Positions 17,350 to 26,992 of a DNA stretch of 64,000 nt are shown here, in pieces. Under the pieces are notes generated by a model. It did no database searches. It was not told where the DNA came from and worked only from the letters and a program-made list of their open reading frames with translations. Source of the stretch: Candidatus Dormibacteria bacterium (GTDB lineage Bacteria; Chloroflexota; Dormibacteria; Aeolococcales; Aeolococcaceae); the NCBI GenBank assembly GCA_044450385.1, contig JBIOIZ010000005.1:1382-65381 (forward strand), in the 5' to 3' direction. Within the stretch, counting starts at the first letter, position 1; each line of letters opens with the position of its first letter. A program made the translations under genes and the position numbers.

Positions 17350-18429
17350 ATGAGCATCCTGCAATGGGAGCTGGATCACTTCTTCCACTCCGGATGGATC
17401 TGCGTCGGTCGGGCAACGCAACTGCCCCAAGCCGGCGATCAGCGCGCCTTCGTCGCCGGCGGGCAGAGCCTCTTGATGGTGCGCGACGGCGACGGCGTGC
17501 TTCGCTGCTTCTACAACGTCTGCAGGCATCGAGCGCACGAGCTGCTGCCGATCGATGGCTCGGATCACCACCGTTTCATCCGCTGTCCGTATCACGCGTG
17601 GGCCTACCGGCTCGACGGCAGCCTCCGCGCAACGCCCAACTTCGACGATCTTCCCGACGATGATCCCGTTCGCAGTGGCTTGGTGGCTGTGGCCGTTGCC
17701 AGCTGGCACGGCTGGATCTTCGTCAACCCGACTCGCGACGCGGTTGACATGGTGGCTTTCGTGGACGATCTCGATGACCTGGTGCGCCCCTACGCACCCG
17801 AAATGCTCGTGCCGATCGACAGGCACTCGTATGAGGTCCGCGCCAACTGGAAGGTCATCGTCGAGAACTATCACGAGTGCCTGCACTGCCCGAGTATCCA
17901 TCCGCAGCTCGTCAAGCTGAGTGCAAGCGATAGCGGGACCACCTGCGAGCCGCGAGGAATGTGGGCCGGAGGCACGATGGAATTGCGCGACAGAGTGGAG
18001 ACGATGTCGCTCACGGGTAAGGGAGGCCGCTCACTGCCAGGAGTCCCCGAATCGGGACTTCGTGACGTGGTGTACGTGAGCCTCTTCCCGAACCTGCTGC
18101 TCAGCATGCATCCCGACTACGTGATGACGCACCGTCTCGAGCCGCTCGCGCCCGACCGCACGCTTGTCGAATGCGAATGGCTCTCGCTCCCCGAAACGCG
18201 CGACGAATCGAGCCTGAGTGCCGCGGTGGAGTTCTGGGACATCACCAACCGGCAGGACTGGTCCGCATGCGAATCCGTGCAACGGGGCGTGGCCTCTCCG
18301 GCGTACCGGCCCGGACCGCTCGGCTACCAGGAGGGTTCGGTGGCGCACTTCGTCGAGATGGTGCGCAGGGGATATGGTGCCGGTGGACTCGACGGCGCGC
18401 GTCTGCAGGGCGCCGCGGTCGGCTACTGA
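17350..18429 (+). CDS. Rieske [2Fe-2S] non-heme iron oxygenase alpha subunit (GbcA/CntA/choline-monooxygenase-like)
   Basis: Rieske motif CRHRAHEL...CPYHAW. C-terminal catalytic domain contains NYHECLHCPSIHP. The start is uncertain (GTG 17305 or ATG 17350) and overlaps or abuts the TetR stop. Confidence 0.75.
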   Translation: MSILQWELDHFFHSGWICVGRATQLPQAGDQRAFVAGGQSLLMVRDGDGVLRCFYNVCRHRAHELLPIDGSDHHRFIRCPYHAWAYRLDGSLRATPNFDDLPDDDPVRSGLVAVAVASWHGWIFVNPTRDAVDMVAFVDDLDDLVRPYAPEMLVPIDRHSYEVRANWKVIVENYHECLHCPSIHPQLVKLSASDSGTTCEPRGMWAGGTMELRDRVETMSLTGKGGRSLPGVPESGLRDVVYVSLFPNLLLSMHPDYVMTHRLEPLAPDRTLVECEWLSLPETRDESSLSAAVEFWDITNRQDWSACESVQRGVASPAYRPGPLGYQEGSVAHFVEMVRRGYGAGGLDGARLQGAAVGY

Positions 18430-18433
18430 GCGA

Positions 18434-19531
18434 CTACGCGAGCTCCGCGTTCGCGGCGCGTTCAGGAAGCACGCGGAGCGAATCCTGCGGAAACTCGGCG
18501 ACCACGGGCGCGCCCTGGACGTAAGCGACGCTGTCACTCGTGTTCGGCAGCATCGCCTGGATGGTCTCGCCGTGGCCAAGCTTGACCACCACCTGGCGAG
18601 TCGCACCGAGATAGATCACCCGATCGACGGTGCCAGGCAGGCAGTTTGCGGCGTTGTTCCCGGTCGGAAGCAGGCGCACGCGCTCAGGCCGGATCACGAG
18701 CTTCACACTCCCGGTGGGCGTGTCGATGGTTCGCGCGGTGAGGTCGGTTTCGCCAACGCGGACACGGCAGGTTCCATTGCCGTTGGTTGACGAGACCTGG
18801 CCCTCCATCAGGTTGGAGAGTCCGAGGAAATCCGCCACATATGCTGTCGCCGGCTCTTCGTACACCTCGCCCGGCGTACCGATCTGCTCGACGCGACCGT
18901 CGGCCATCACGGCGAGCCGGTCCGACATGGTGAGCGCCTCCTCCTGATCATGGGTCACGTAGATGAACGTGATCCCAAGCTGCTCCTGCAACGATTTGAG
19001 CTCGATCTGGAGCGCCTTGCGCAGCTTGGCGTCGAGTGCGCCCAGCGGCTCATCCAGCAGCAGGACGGCAGGATTGAGGACGAGTGCGCGTGCGAGGGCC
19101 ACGCGCTGCTGCTGACCGCCGGACAGCTGCGCGGGGCGGCGCTTCTCGTAGGAGGAGAGGCGCACCATCGCGAGCGCCGATCGCACTCGTTGTTCGATCT
19201 CGCCCTTGGTGGCACGCACATACGCGAGGCCGAAGGCGACGTTCTCGTGAACCGTCATCAGCGGAAACAGCGCATAGCTCTGAAAGACCGTGTTGACCGG
19301 ACGCCTGTGAGGCGGGATCCGCGCGACGTCGACGCCGTCGATGAAGATCGCGCCGTTCGTGGGCTGTTCGAAACCGGCGATCATGCGCAGCGTGGTCGTC
19401 TTGCCGCAGCCGGACGGACCGAGCAGTGAGAAGAACTCGCCGCCCGCGACCGCGATATCGATGCCGGCAACGGCGACGACATTGCCGAACTCCTTGCGGA
19501 GACCCACCAGCTCGATGGCGCCCTTGGCCAC
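18434..19531 (-). CDS. potA: spermidine/putrescine-type ABC transporter ATP-binding protein (PotA-like, with TOBE domain)
   Basis: LLGPSGCGKTT, LSGGQQQRVALARAL, LLLDEPLGALD. The start is probably GTG at 19531, 2 nt after the aminotransferase stop; ATG 19621 is an alternative. Confidence 0.8.
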   Translation of the reverse strand: MAKGAIELVGLRKEFGNVVAVAGIDIAVAGGEFFSLLGPSGCGKTTTLRMIAGFEQPTNGAIFIDGVDVARIPPHRRPVNTVFQSYALFPLMTVHENVAFGLAYVRATKGEIEQRVRSALAMVRLSSYEKRRPAQLSGGQQQRVALARALVLNPAVLLLDEPLGALDAKLRKALQIELKSLQEQLGITFIYVTHDQEEALTMSDRLAVMADGRVEQIGTPGEVYEEPATAYVADFLGLSNLMEGQVSSTNGNGTCRVRVGETDLTARTIDTPTGSVKLVIRPERVRLLPTGNNAANCLPGTVDRVIYLGATRQVVVKLGHGETIQAMLPNTSDSVAYVQGAPVVAEFPQDSLRVLPERAANAELA

Positions 19532-19533
19532 GA

Positions 19534-20913
19534 TCAGGCCGTCAGCGCCGCGACGAATCGCGCGAAGTTGTGCACGAACAGTGCCGCGTCCTCCTCGCTG
19601 TGCTGCGCCGAGAGCAGCCATTGTTCCGCCTTTCCCCACGGCGGCAGGAAGACGCCGCCGTTGTGCTGAAACAGCCAGTGGCAGTGGCTGTAGCGCTCGT
19701 CGAGCTTGAGAAAGTCTCGGAAGTTGCGCACCGAGTCCGCCGTGAAGGTAACGCATCCCTTGGCGCCGATCGCGACGACGTGAGCGGGAAGGCCTGCACC
19801 GGAAATCGCGGTCGTGCAACCCTCGACGATGAACTCGCGCAAGGTGTCGAAGCGCCGGTACGCCTCCGGGGTCAGCACCTCGGTGAGCGCCGCGCGGGCC
19901 GCGGCCATACCCAGCGGGTTGCCATTGAACGTGCCCACCTGCTCGTAGGTGCCGTCCGCGATCCGCTCCATCACCTCGGCGGTGCCCCCGATGGCGGCAA
20001 CCGGCAGGCCGCCGCCCAGCGCCTTGGCGAGGCAGACGATGTCGGGACTGATGCCGTAGAACTCGGTGGCCCCTCCGGCCGCTACCGTAAACCCGGTCTT
20101 GACCTCGTCGAACGCGACCAGACCGCCGTTCGCATGCACCCGCTCGGTCAGCGACTCGAGGTAGCCGTCGTCGGGCTTGACGATGCCCGCATTCATCATC
20201 ACCGGCTCGAGGATCATGCCCGCGATCGCATCGCCGTGCTCCGCGAAGACTCGTTCGAGACCGTCGAGATCGTTGTACTGCACGATGTGGGTCAGGTCGG
20301 TGATCTCCCTGGGCACTCCAGAGCTGGACGGGACGCTGTTGGGGTGCGACGCCGGTCCGATCTCGTCCTCGGATGGATAGACCGAGACCTGCACCGAGTC
20401 ATGGTGCCCGTGGTAGCAACCCTCGACCTTGACGATCATCGAACGCCCCGTGATCGCTCGCATGAGATGGACCGCGTCCATGGTTGCTTCGGTGCCCGAA
20501 TTGGCAAAGCGCCAGAGGGGCAATCCCCAGCGGCGCGCGAGCTCCTCGCTGACGATGAGCGCGTCCTCGGTGGGCTGCGCAAAATGCGTGCCTTCACGCA
20601 CGCGCCGCGACACGGCTTCAACGATTGCCGGGTGTGCATGACCGACGGCGCCGACGCCGTATCCCCCGTGCAGGTCGACGTATTCGATACCGTCGGCGTC
20701 GACGATCTTTGATCCCCGTCCGTGGCTGATCCACATCGCCTGCGGCCGGGTGATCTGCCAGCTCGAGGTGACACCGCCGGCGAGCGAGTTGCGTGCACGC
20801 ATCGACAGCTGTTGCGAGCGCGGCTGCCGTGCGATGAGCAGCGCCTCCTGTTCCTGGATGAGCTCGTCGAGACGCTCGTCGGTCGTCGCTGCTGTGATCA
20901 TCTGGGCTGTCAT
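19534..20913 (-). CDS. class-III pyridoxal-phosphate aminotransferase (GSA-aminomutase-like subfamily)
   Basis: ANSGTEATMDAVHLMRAITGR and FDEVKTGF (PLP-lysine region) are typical of AT-III. 459 aa. Confidence 0.85.
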   Translation of the reverse strand: MTAQMITAATTDERLDELIQEQEALLIARQPRSQQLSMRARNSLAGGVTSSWQITRPQAMWISHGRGSKIVDADGIEYVDLHGGYGVGAVGHAHPAIVEAVSRRVREGTHFAQPTEDALIVSEELARRWGLPLWRFANSGTEATMDAVHLMRAITGRSMIVKVEGCYHGHHDSVQVSVYPSEDEIGPASHPNSVPSSSGVPREITDLTHIVQYNDLDGLERVFAEHGDAIAGMILEPVMMNAGIVKPDDGYLESLTERVHANGGLVAFDEVKTGFTVAAGGATEFYGISPDIVCLAKALGGGLPVAAIGGTAEVMERIADGTYEQVGTFNGNPLGMAAARAALTEVLTPEAYRRFDTLREFIVEGCTTAISGAGLPAHVVAIGAKGCVTFTADSVRNFRDFLKLDERYSHCHWLFQHNGGVFLPPWGKAEQWLLSAQHSEEDAALFVHNFARFVAALTA

Positions 20914-20943
20914 ATCCGTCTCACTGGTTGCGGCTTGCAGATA

Positions 20944-22119
20944 TCAGATCAGGCCGCCGACGCCGCGTTTGGCGAGCTGTCCGGCGATGATCACTCGTTG
21001 GATTTCCGACGTCCCCTCCCAGATCCGTTCCACACGCAGCTCGCGGTAGAAGCGCTCCGCGACGTTCTCGCGCATGTAGCCACGACCACCGAAGACCTGC
21101 AGGCAGCGGTCGGCGACGCGCCCCGCCACCTCAGACGCGAAGAGCTTGACCATCGAGCACTGCGCGTGCTGCATCTTGGTGTCGGTGCCCGCGTCAATCG
21201 CGCGAGCGACTTCATAGGTCATCGTCTTGGTGGCGAAGAGCTCGGTGATCGAGTCCGCGAGCGGGATCTGCACCGCCTGGTGCTCGATGATCGGCCGTCC
21301 CTGGCTCACGCGCTCGCGAGCGAACTGCGTTGCCTCGTCGATCAAGCGTGCCGTGGCGCCCAGGCATCGCGCCGCGATCATCAATCGCTCGTATCGAAAC
21401 CATTCGTGCGCGAAGGTCATGCCGTCGCCTTCGGCACCGACGCGGTGCTCCACGGGAACCCGAACGTTCTCGAAGGCGACGATGGGATGCTGGTGCGCGA
21501 ACGTGTGCATGTAGGCGGGCGTGCGCACCACGCGGATGCCGTCCCACGGGAGCGGGACGATGAACATGGAATGCGCGCCCGCGCGATCCCCGCCGGCGAG
21601 CCGCCCCTGAAAGAAGACGTACTGCGCGTCGTTGAACGAGGTGACATGCCACTTGACGCCGTTGAGCACATACGCATCGCCGTCCCGTGTCGCGGTCGCG
21701 GCCAGCGCATCGACGTCGGAGCCGGATCCCTCCTCGGTGATGGCGTAGCATTCATGAAGCTCGCCTCTGATCGTCGGCAGCACCCACCGCTCCATCTGGA
21801 CGTCGCTCGCGACGCGGGGGAACCATGCCGCAGGAGCTGGGATCACCCATGCCAGCCCGTTGGTCACCCTCCCCGTCTGCTCCTGCACGAGGACCTGCTG
21901 GAGCATGGTGAAGCCGCCACCGCCGAGCTCGCGAGGCATGTTGATCGCCTGCAGCCCCAGCTCGCGAACGCGCTGCCGGGCGTGCTCGAGGACGCCGTCA
22001 GGTGGGAGGCCGTTGTTCAGCTCAGCCGCGGTCTCGTAGGGGATCAGCTCCTCGACGACTGACGCGGCGCGTTCCTGGATCTCGAGGTCCTCGGTGGTGA
22101 GGCCGTACATCTCCTGCAT
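20944..22119 (-). CDS. acyl-CoA dehydrogenase
   Basis: ACAD N/M/C domains. C-terminal QVFGGRGYMRENVAERFYRELRVERIWEGTSEIQR is the signature ACAD ending. Confidence 0.85.
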   Translation of the reverse strand: MQEMYGLTTEDLEIQERAASVVEELIPYETAAELNNGLPPDGVLEHARQRVRELGLQAINMPRELGGGGFTMLQQVLVQEQTGRVTNGLAWVIPAPAAWFPRVASDVQMERWVLPTIRGELHECYAITEEGSGSDVDALAATATRDGDAYVLNGVKWHVTSFNDAQYVFFQGRLAGGDRAGAHSMFIVPLPWDGIRVVRTPAYMHTFAHQHPIVAFENVRVPVEHRVGAEGDGMTFAHEWFRYERLMIAARCLGATARLIDEATQFARERVSQGRPIIEHQAVQIPLADSITELFATKTMTYEVARAIDAGTDTKMQHAQCSMVKLFASEVAGRVADRCLQVFGGRGYMRENVAERFYRELRVERIWEGTSEIQRVIIAGQLAKRGVGGLI

Positions 22120-22141
22120 CGAGCCCTCAGGGAACCTGATG

Positions 22142-22159
22142 TTGACTAAGCATTCAGTC
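22142..22159. promoter_or_regulatory. candidate operator TTGACTAAGCATTCAGTC, second copy of the 16533 motif, between divergent ACAD and pot SBP genes
   Basis: 16 of 18 identity to 16533..16550, extended similarity in the flank (gatgtgcca vs tatgccaca), and the same divergent-promoter context. Confidence 0.5.
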
Positions 22160-22210
22160 TATGCCACACTCCGCCCGAGCCGCAAGGTGCAGCACTGCAG
22201 GGGTGTCACC

Positions 22211-23479
22211 ATGAAGAGCGAGGGGCCGTTCGATCACCTGTTGTCGGCGCAATGGACCCGCCGTCGCTTCATGGGCCGGACCATGGGCGCGGGGCTTGCC
22301 GTCGCCGGGCTCGGTCCGCTCCTCGAGGCATGCGCAAAGGCGACCGTCGCTACCATCAATCCCTTCCCCCTCGGCAGCCCCCAGCACCCGGTGCTGTGGC
22401 CGATCGCCAAGAACAACCAACCGATCGCCTCCGGGCTAGCTCCCGAGCGCAACGCCACGCTCAAGATCTACAACTACCCGGATTACCTGGACCAGACCAC
22501 GGCGGTTACCAACTTCCAGAAGCAGTACGCGCAGTACAACGTCACAGTCGAGATATCGACGTTCAACGACATCAATGAGGCGCTCGCCAAGCTGCGCACG
22601 GGTGAGGTGGACTTCGATCTCTTTGTTCCGTCGTACGACAGCATCGGCAAGCTCGTGTATGGGAGCTTCCTGCTTCCGCTGACGCACAGCTACATCCCCA
22701 ACATCTCCCAGGTGTGGCCGCAGTTCCTCAATCCGTTCTACGACCAGCAGTGGCGTTACACCGTCCCCTACACCATCTACACGACCGGGATCGGATGGCG
22801 CTCCGACAAGGTGAGCGAAGACATCAGCCTGCGTGCGAATCCCTATGACGTGTTCTGGGATCCGACCTATAACTCGAAGATCGCCATCCTCGATGACTAC
22901 CGGGAAGCGATCACCATGGTGCTGCTGCGCAATGGCATCACCGACATTCTCACAGGCGATTCGAAGAAGCTCAACGTGGTGGCGGCGCAGCTGACCGACA
23001 TGATCAGCAAGACCAATCCCAAGGTCAATATCACCGACTATCAGGACATTCCCGACGGCACCACCAACATCAGCCAGGCCTGGTCGGGAGACATGATCAA
23101 CGCTATCGCCAACATGCCGGCGGGGCAGAGTCCGAACGTGCTTCGTTACTGGTATCCGAAGAACGGCAAGGGCGCGGTCAACCAGGACATCTTCGTGATC
23201 CTTCGCTCGGGGAAGAACCCGGTGCTCTCCCATCTCTGGCTCAACTACATGCTCGATCTCAAGAACGCGAAGTCGAATGCCGCATTCACCGGCTATCAGA
23301 CGCCCCACAAGGGCATCGACCCGAACACCATGGTGAGCGACGGCACGATCCCGCCCAACCTCGCGAGCGTCGTTGTCCTCCCGCAGTATTTCGATGTGGG
23401 ATACCGCGAGCTCGAGTTGAGCCCTGCCACCGATACGGCCTGGCACAACGTGTGGCAGGCGTTCAAGGCGGGTGGCTGA
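22211..23479 (+). CDS. spermidine/putrescine-type ABC transporter substrate-binding lipoprotein (PotD/PotF family) with Tat-like signal
   Basis: RRRFMGRTMGAGLAVAGLGPLLEAC is a Tat motif plus lipobox-like Cys. SBP family 1. The ATG at 22211 was chosen over the track start at 22094. Confidence 0.8.
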   Translation: MKSEGPFDHLLSAQWTRRRFMGRTMGAGLAVAGLGPLLEACAKATVATINPFPLGSPQHPVLWPIAKNNQPIASGLAPERNATLKIYNYPDYLDQTTAVTNFQKQYAQYNVTVEISTFNDINEALAKLRTGEVDFDLFVPSYDSIGKLVYGSFLLPLTHSYIPNISQVWPQFLNPFYDQQWRYTVPYTIYTTGIGWRSDKVSEDISLRANPYDVFWDPTYNSKIAILDDYREAITMVLLRNGITDILTGDSKKLNVVAAQLTDMISKTNPKVNITDYQDIPDGTTNISQAWSGDMINAIANMPAGQSPNVLRYWYPKNGKGAVNQDIFVILRSGKNPVLSHLWLNYMLDLKNAKSNAAFTGYQTPHKGIDPNTMVSDGTIPPNLASVVVLPQYFDVGYRELELSPATDTAWHNVWQAFKAGG

Positions 23480-24443
23480 GGCGGAGGCGGCCCGGCCCGC
23501 CTCCCATCGTCCAGGACGCAATCGCCGTTTCGACCAGGGACGCCACGGCCGGGGAGTGCTGTATCCGCGCTGGCTCTGGCCCGCGTTCGCAACGCCGGGA
23601 ATGCTCTGGCTCGCGCTGTTCTTCCTGCTTCCGCTGTACGTGGTCCTGTCGATCGCCTTCGGGACCGTCGATCCCGTATTTCGCAGCCCCATCCCCGTCT
23701 GGAACCCGCTGAACTGGGATCCGTCGCAGTTCCAGTTCATCTTCGGCCACCTCGTCGGCGACGCCGGCTTCTTCGGACCCCCGATGCTGCGCACGTTTCT
23801 GTACGTTGCCGCGGCCTCGATCGTCGCGCTCGTCGTGGGCTACCCGGTTGCGTACTTCGTCGCGCGATTCGCAGGCCGCCGGCGCGTGCTGTTTCTCGTC
23901 CTGCTGCTTGCGCCGTTCTGTGTCAGCTACATGATGCGCATGCTCGCGTGGGTGAACCTGCTCGAGGTGGATGGGCTGGTCAATCACACGCTCGGCATCT
24001 TCGGAGTGACACCGGTGGCGTGGCTGTCGGGCCAGCCGATCACTGTGGTGCTCGGCCTCGTCTACGGATACATCCCCTACATGATCCTGCCGCTCTACGC
24101 GGGACTCGACCGCATCGACAACAGCCTGCTCGAGGCGGCACGTGATCTCGGTGCTGGACGCTTCTCAACCTTTCGGCGGGTGACGCTGCCGATGAGCCGC
24201 CCTGCGATTCTCACCGGGCTGCTGATCGTGAGCCTCCCCATGTTCGGCGACTACTTCACCAATGACCTGCTCTCCGGGTCGCCTCGAACGTCGATGCTCG
24301 GCAACCTGATCAACACCGCCGTGTCGACCCCGGGCGAGGCAGCCGAGGGAGCGGCTTTCGTGCTCCTGCTGTTCGCACTGCTGATCCCGCCGATGGTCTA
24401 CTACGCGATGAGCACCTCGCGACACTCGATGGCCGAGGCATGA
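23472..24443 (+). CDS. ABC transporter permease (PotB-like)
   Basis: 6-TM BPD permease. The GTG start overlaps the SBP stop. Confidence 0.8.
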   Translation: MAEAEAARPASHRPGRNRRFDQGRHGRGVLYPRWLWPAFATPGMLWLALFFLLPLYVVLSIAFGTVDPVFRSPIPVWNPLNWDPSQFQFIFGHLVGDAGFFGPPMLRTFLYVAAASIVALVVGYPVAYFVARFAGRRRVLFLVLLLAPFCVSYMMRMLAWVNLLEVDGLVNHTLGIFGVTPVAWLSGQPITVVLGLVYGYIPYMILPLYAGLDRIDNSLLEAARDLGAGRFSTFRRVTLPMSRPAILTGLLIVSLPMFGDYFTNDLLSGSPRTSMLGNLINTAVSTPGEAAEGAAFVLLLFALLIPPMVYYAMSTSRHSMAEA

Positions 24444-25387
24444 GCGACATCAGCGTCGAGCGCGGGCGCATGCACGTCGCCCACGCGCCAACTCGGCGAT
24501 CACCGCTCTATCGCTTTCTGCCGTCGCGCTCGAATCCGTGGCGCCGCCCGGTCATGCTCGAAACGATCACGTGGCTCTATCTCCTCTGGTCGATCCTGCC
24601 TGTGGCGCTCGCCGTGCTCTTCTCGTTCAATGCCGGGCGCAGCCGCACCGCATGGCAGGGCTTCTCGCTCCGCTGGTATTTCGTCGACCCGGCCGGCTCC
24701 GTCTGGAACGACCCGACGCTGCGTGACGCGCTCTTTCAGACGCTCAAGCTGGCGGTGATCACCACGGTGATCGCCGTGCCAATCGGTGTGGCGTTCGCTA
24801 TCGGAGTCGACCGCTGGCGAGGACGTCTTCCTACCGTGTTCAACTTCCAGATGCTGGTCTCATTCGTCATCCCCGAGATCATCGTCGGCGTGGCCCTCCT
24901 CTTCGTCTTCACGCAGCTCACGACCTTCATCCCGCTCGGCACCACCGCACAGGTGATCGGGCTGGTGACCTTTCAACTCTCGTTCCCGGTGGTCATCGTA
25001 CGCGCTCGTCTGCTGTCCATCGGCAAGCAGTACGAGGAGGCGGCGATGGATCTCGGTGCATCACCGATTCAGGCGGTGCGCCGCGTCCTGCTCCCATTGC
25101 TGTGGCCGGCCATCTTCGCGAGCGCCGTGCTCGTCTTCGCCGACGTCATCGACGACTTCGTCATCGTTCGCGCACTCTCTGCCGAGCTGTCATCGGAGAC
25201 CATGTCGGTCAAGATCTACAACGGCGCGCGGTCCACTGCGACGCCCGCGCTCAACGCCCTGGCAACCATCATGCTGGTGATCTCGATCATCGCCGTCACC
25301 ATCGGCTTCCTCGTGTATCGGCGCATGACCCGGGATGACAACCTCAGCGGGGGCGACGCGCTCGACCAGTTCGCGGCGCAGCTCTGA
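24440..25387 (+). CDS. ABC transporter permease (PotC-like)
   Basis: ATGA overlap with the upstream permease. Polytopic. Confidence 0.8.
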   Translation: MSDISVERGRMHVAHAPTRRSPLYRFLPSRSNPWRRPVMLETITWLYLLWSILPVALAVLFSFNAGRSRTAWQGFSLRWYFVDPAGSVWNDPTLRDALFQTLKLAVITTVIAVPIGVAFAIGVDRWRGRLPTVFNFQMLVSFVIPEIIVGVALLFVFTQLTTFIPLGTTAQVIGLVTFQLSFPVVIVRARLLSIGKQYEEAAMDLGASPIQAVRRVLLPLLWPAIFASAVLVFADVIDDFVIVRALSAELSSETMSVKIYNGARSTATPALNALATIMLVISIIAVTIGFLVYRRMTRDDNLSGGDALDQFAAQL

Positions 25388-25389
25388 GC

Positions 25390-26580
25390 ATGGATTACAC
25401 GCTCGAACCCGGCCAGATCGAGCTGCATGAGCGCGCGTCGGCGTTGACTGCGGAGCTCATGGCGCTCGAGGATCGCTGTGAGGCCGGCAATGGCCTCGAC
25501 GACCGCTCACTCGCGTGGGCCGCAGACCGGATCCGCCATCACCGCCTGAACGCCATCAACATGCCCGCCGAGTGGGGTGGACAGGGATTGAGCACCTTCG
25601 ACCAGGTGATCGTCCAGTCGGTGCTCGGCGCACTCACCAACGCGCTCTGGGACCTTGTCTGGCGCCCCGCCAACGCGCTGCGTCACTGCACCGACGCGCA
25701 GCGCGAGCGCTTTCTGATCCCCGCGATCGCCGGTCAGCGTCGCGACTGCTTTGCCGTGACCGAGCCCGACGCCGGATCCGATCCGACACGGATCAGAACC
25801 ACGGCGACGCGGGTGAACGGCGGCTACCGCCTGACCGGGGAGAAGTGGTTCGTCACCACCGGCGACGTAGCCGACTTCCTGATCGTGCTTGCTCTCGTCG
25901 AGCCGGAAGGCGAGCCGACGCTCTTCCTCGTGGACAAGAACCTCGCCGGCGTCAGCGTCAAGCGGACCCCCCGGTACATGCACACCTTCGTCTTCGAGCA
26001 CCCGGAGTTCCTGCTCGAAGACGTCGTCGTCGAGGCTGACTGCGTGCTTGGCGCGGTGGGACGTGGCTACGAGATCACCAAGGAGTGGTTCGTCGAGGAG
26101 CGGCTGATGATCGGGGCAAGGTGCATCGGCGGGGCTCGGCGCGCGCTCAACGTTGCGAGCGACTTTGCGCGGACGCGCGTACAGTTCAACCGGCCGATCG
26201 TGGAGCACCAGCTCATCGGTGCGATGCTCGCCGACAGCGCTGTGGACATCGCGCTCATGCAGGCGCTGGTGCATCAGGTGGCGTGGGAGGCGGATGGCCG
26301 GTTGGAGCGAAAGCTGCTCCACGCCAAGGCGGCGATGGTGAAACTCTCGGCCTCCGAGATGGCGGGCCGCGTGGTTGATCGGTGCGTGCAGGTACTCGGC
26401 GGCCGCGGCTACATGCGCGACAGTCCCGTCGAGCGCCTGTATCGCGACATCCGCGTCGACAGGATCTGGGAGGGCACGTCGGAAATCCAGCGGATCATCA
26501 TCGCCGGCGAGATTGCCAAACGTGGCCTGACCTCCTTGCTCGACATCGCCGGAGCGGGCACGCCGCCGGCGACAGGCTGA
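25390..26580 (+). CDS. acyl-CoA dehydrogenase
   Basis: QVLGGRGYMRDSPVERLYRDIRVDRIWEGTSEIQR. Paralogous in architecture to 20944..22119. Confidence 0.85.
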   Translation: MDYTLEPGQIELHERASALTAELMALEDRCEAGNGLDDRSLAWAADRIRHHRLNAINMPAEWGGQGLSTFDQVIVQSVLGALTNALWDLVWRPANALRHCTDAQRERFLIPAIAGQRRDCFAVTEPDAGSDPTRIRTTATRVNGGYRLTGEKWFVTTGDVADFLIVLALVEPEGEPTLFLVDKNLAGVSVKRTPRYMHTFVFEHPEFLLEDVVVEADCVLGAVGRGYEITKEWFVEERLMIGARCIGGARRALNVASDFARTRVQFNRPIVEHQLIGAMLADSAVDIALMQALVHQVAWEADGRLERKLLHAKAAMVKLSASEMAGRVVDRCVQVLGGRGYMRDSPVERLYRDIRVDRIWEGTSEIQRIIIAGEIAKRGLTSLLDIAGAGTPPATG

Positions 26581-26586
26581 GGCCAG

Positions 26587-26913
26587 ATGCAGGTACTCCG
26601 CGGAGCCGATCGCTTCGGTGCGCAAGCGGGTGGCGACCCGCACTGGGTTGAACATCTGAGCGTCCCCGATCTGAGTGCCGGCACCTATTCACTCCCGGCG
26701 GGCAGCACCGACACGCAGGAGCCACACACCGAGGACGAGATCTACGTTGTGCTGCAGGGCCGTGCTGCGCTGACGACCCCGGCGTCAACGGCCGATGTCG
26801 GGCCCGGGTCGGTCATCTACGTTCCTGCCCGCGAGCCTCATCACTTCGTGGATATCGTCGAAGACCTGGTCGCCCTTGTGCTCTTCGCTCCTGCCGAAGG
26901 CAGCCGCCGCTAG
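26587..26913 (+). CDS. cupin-domain protein
   Basis: 108 aa. EIYVVLQGRAALTT...GSVIYVPAREPHHF is a cupin motif pair. Confidence 0.5.
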   Translation: MQVLRGADRFGAQAGGDPHWVEHLSVPDLSAGTYSLPAGSTDTQEPHTEDEIYVVLQGRAALTTPASTADVGPGSVIYVPAREPHHFVDIVEDLVALVLFAPAEGSRR

Positions 26914-26992
26914 GCCGTCAGCACCTCGACCTGGCCCTTGTGAATCCGCGACTCCATGAGTGGGAGAGATGGCAGGTTGTCGACGCAACCCG

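Noticed and set aside
19426-22062. ORFs 19426..20712(+) and 20722..22062(+)
   Set aside because: Antisense to the aminotransferase and ACAD genes, which have clear family motifs in the minus strand.
22436-23794. 452-aa minus-strand ORF
   Set aside because: Antisense to the Pot SBP and permease genes.
25507-26655. 382-aa minus-strand ORF
   Set aside because: Antisense to the ACAD 25390..26580.
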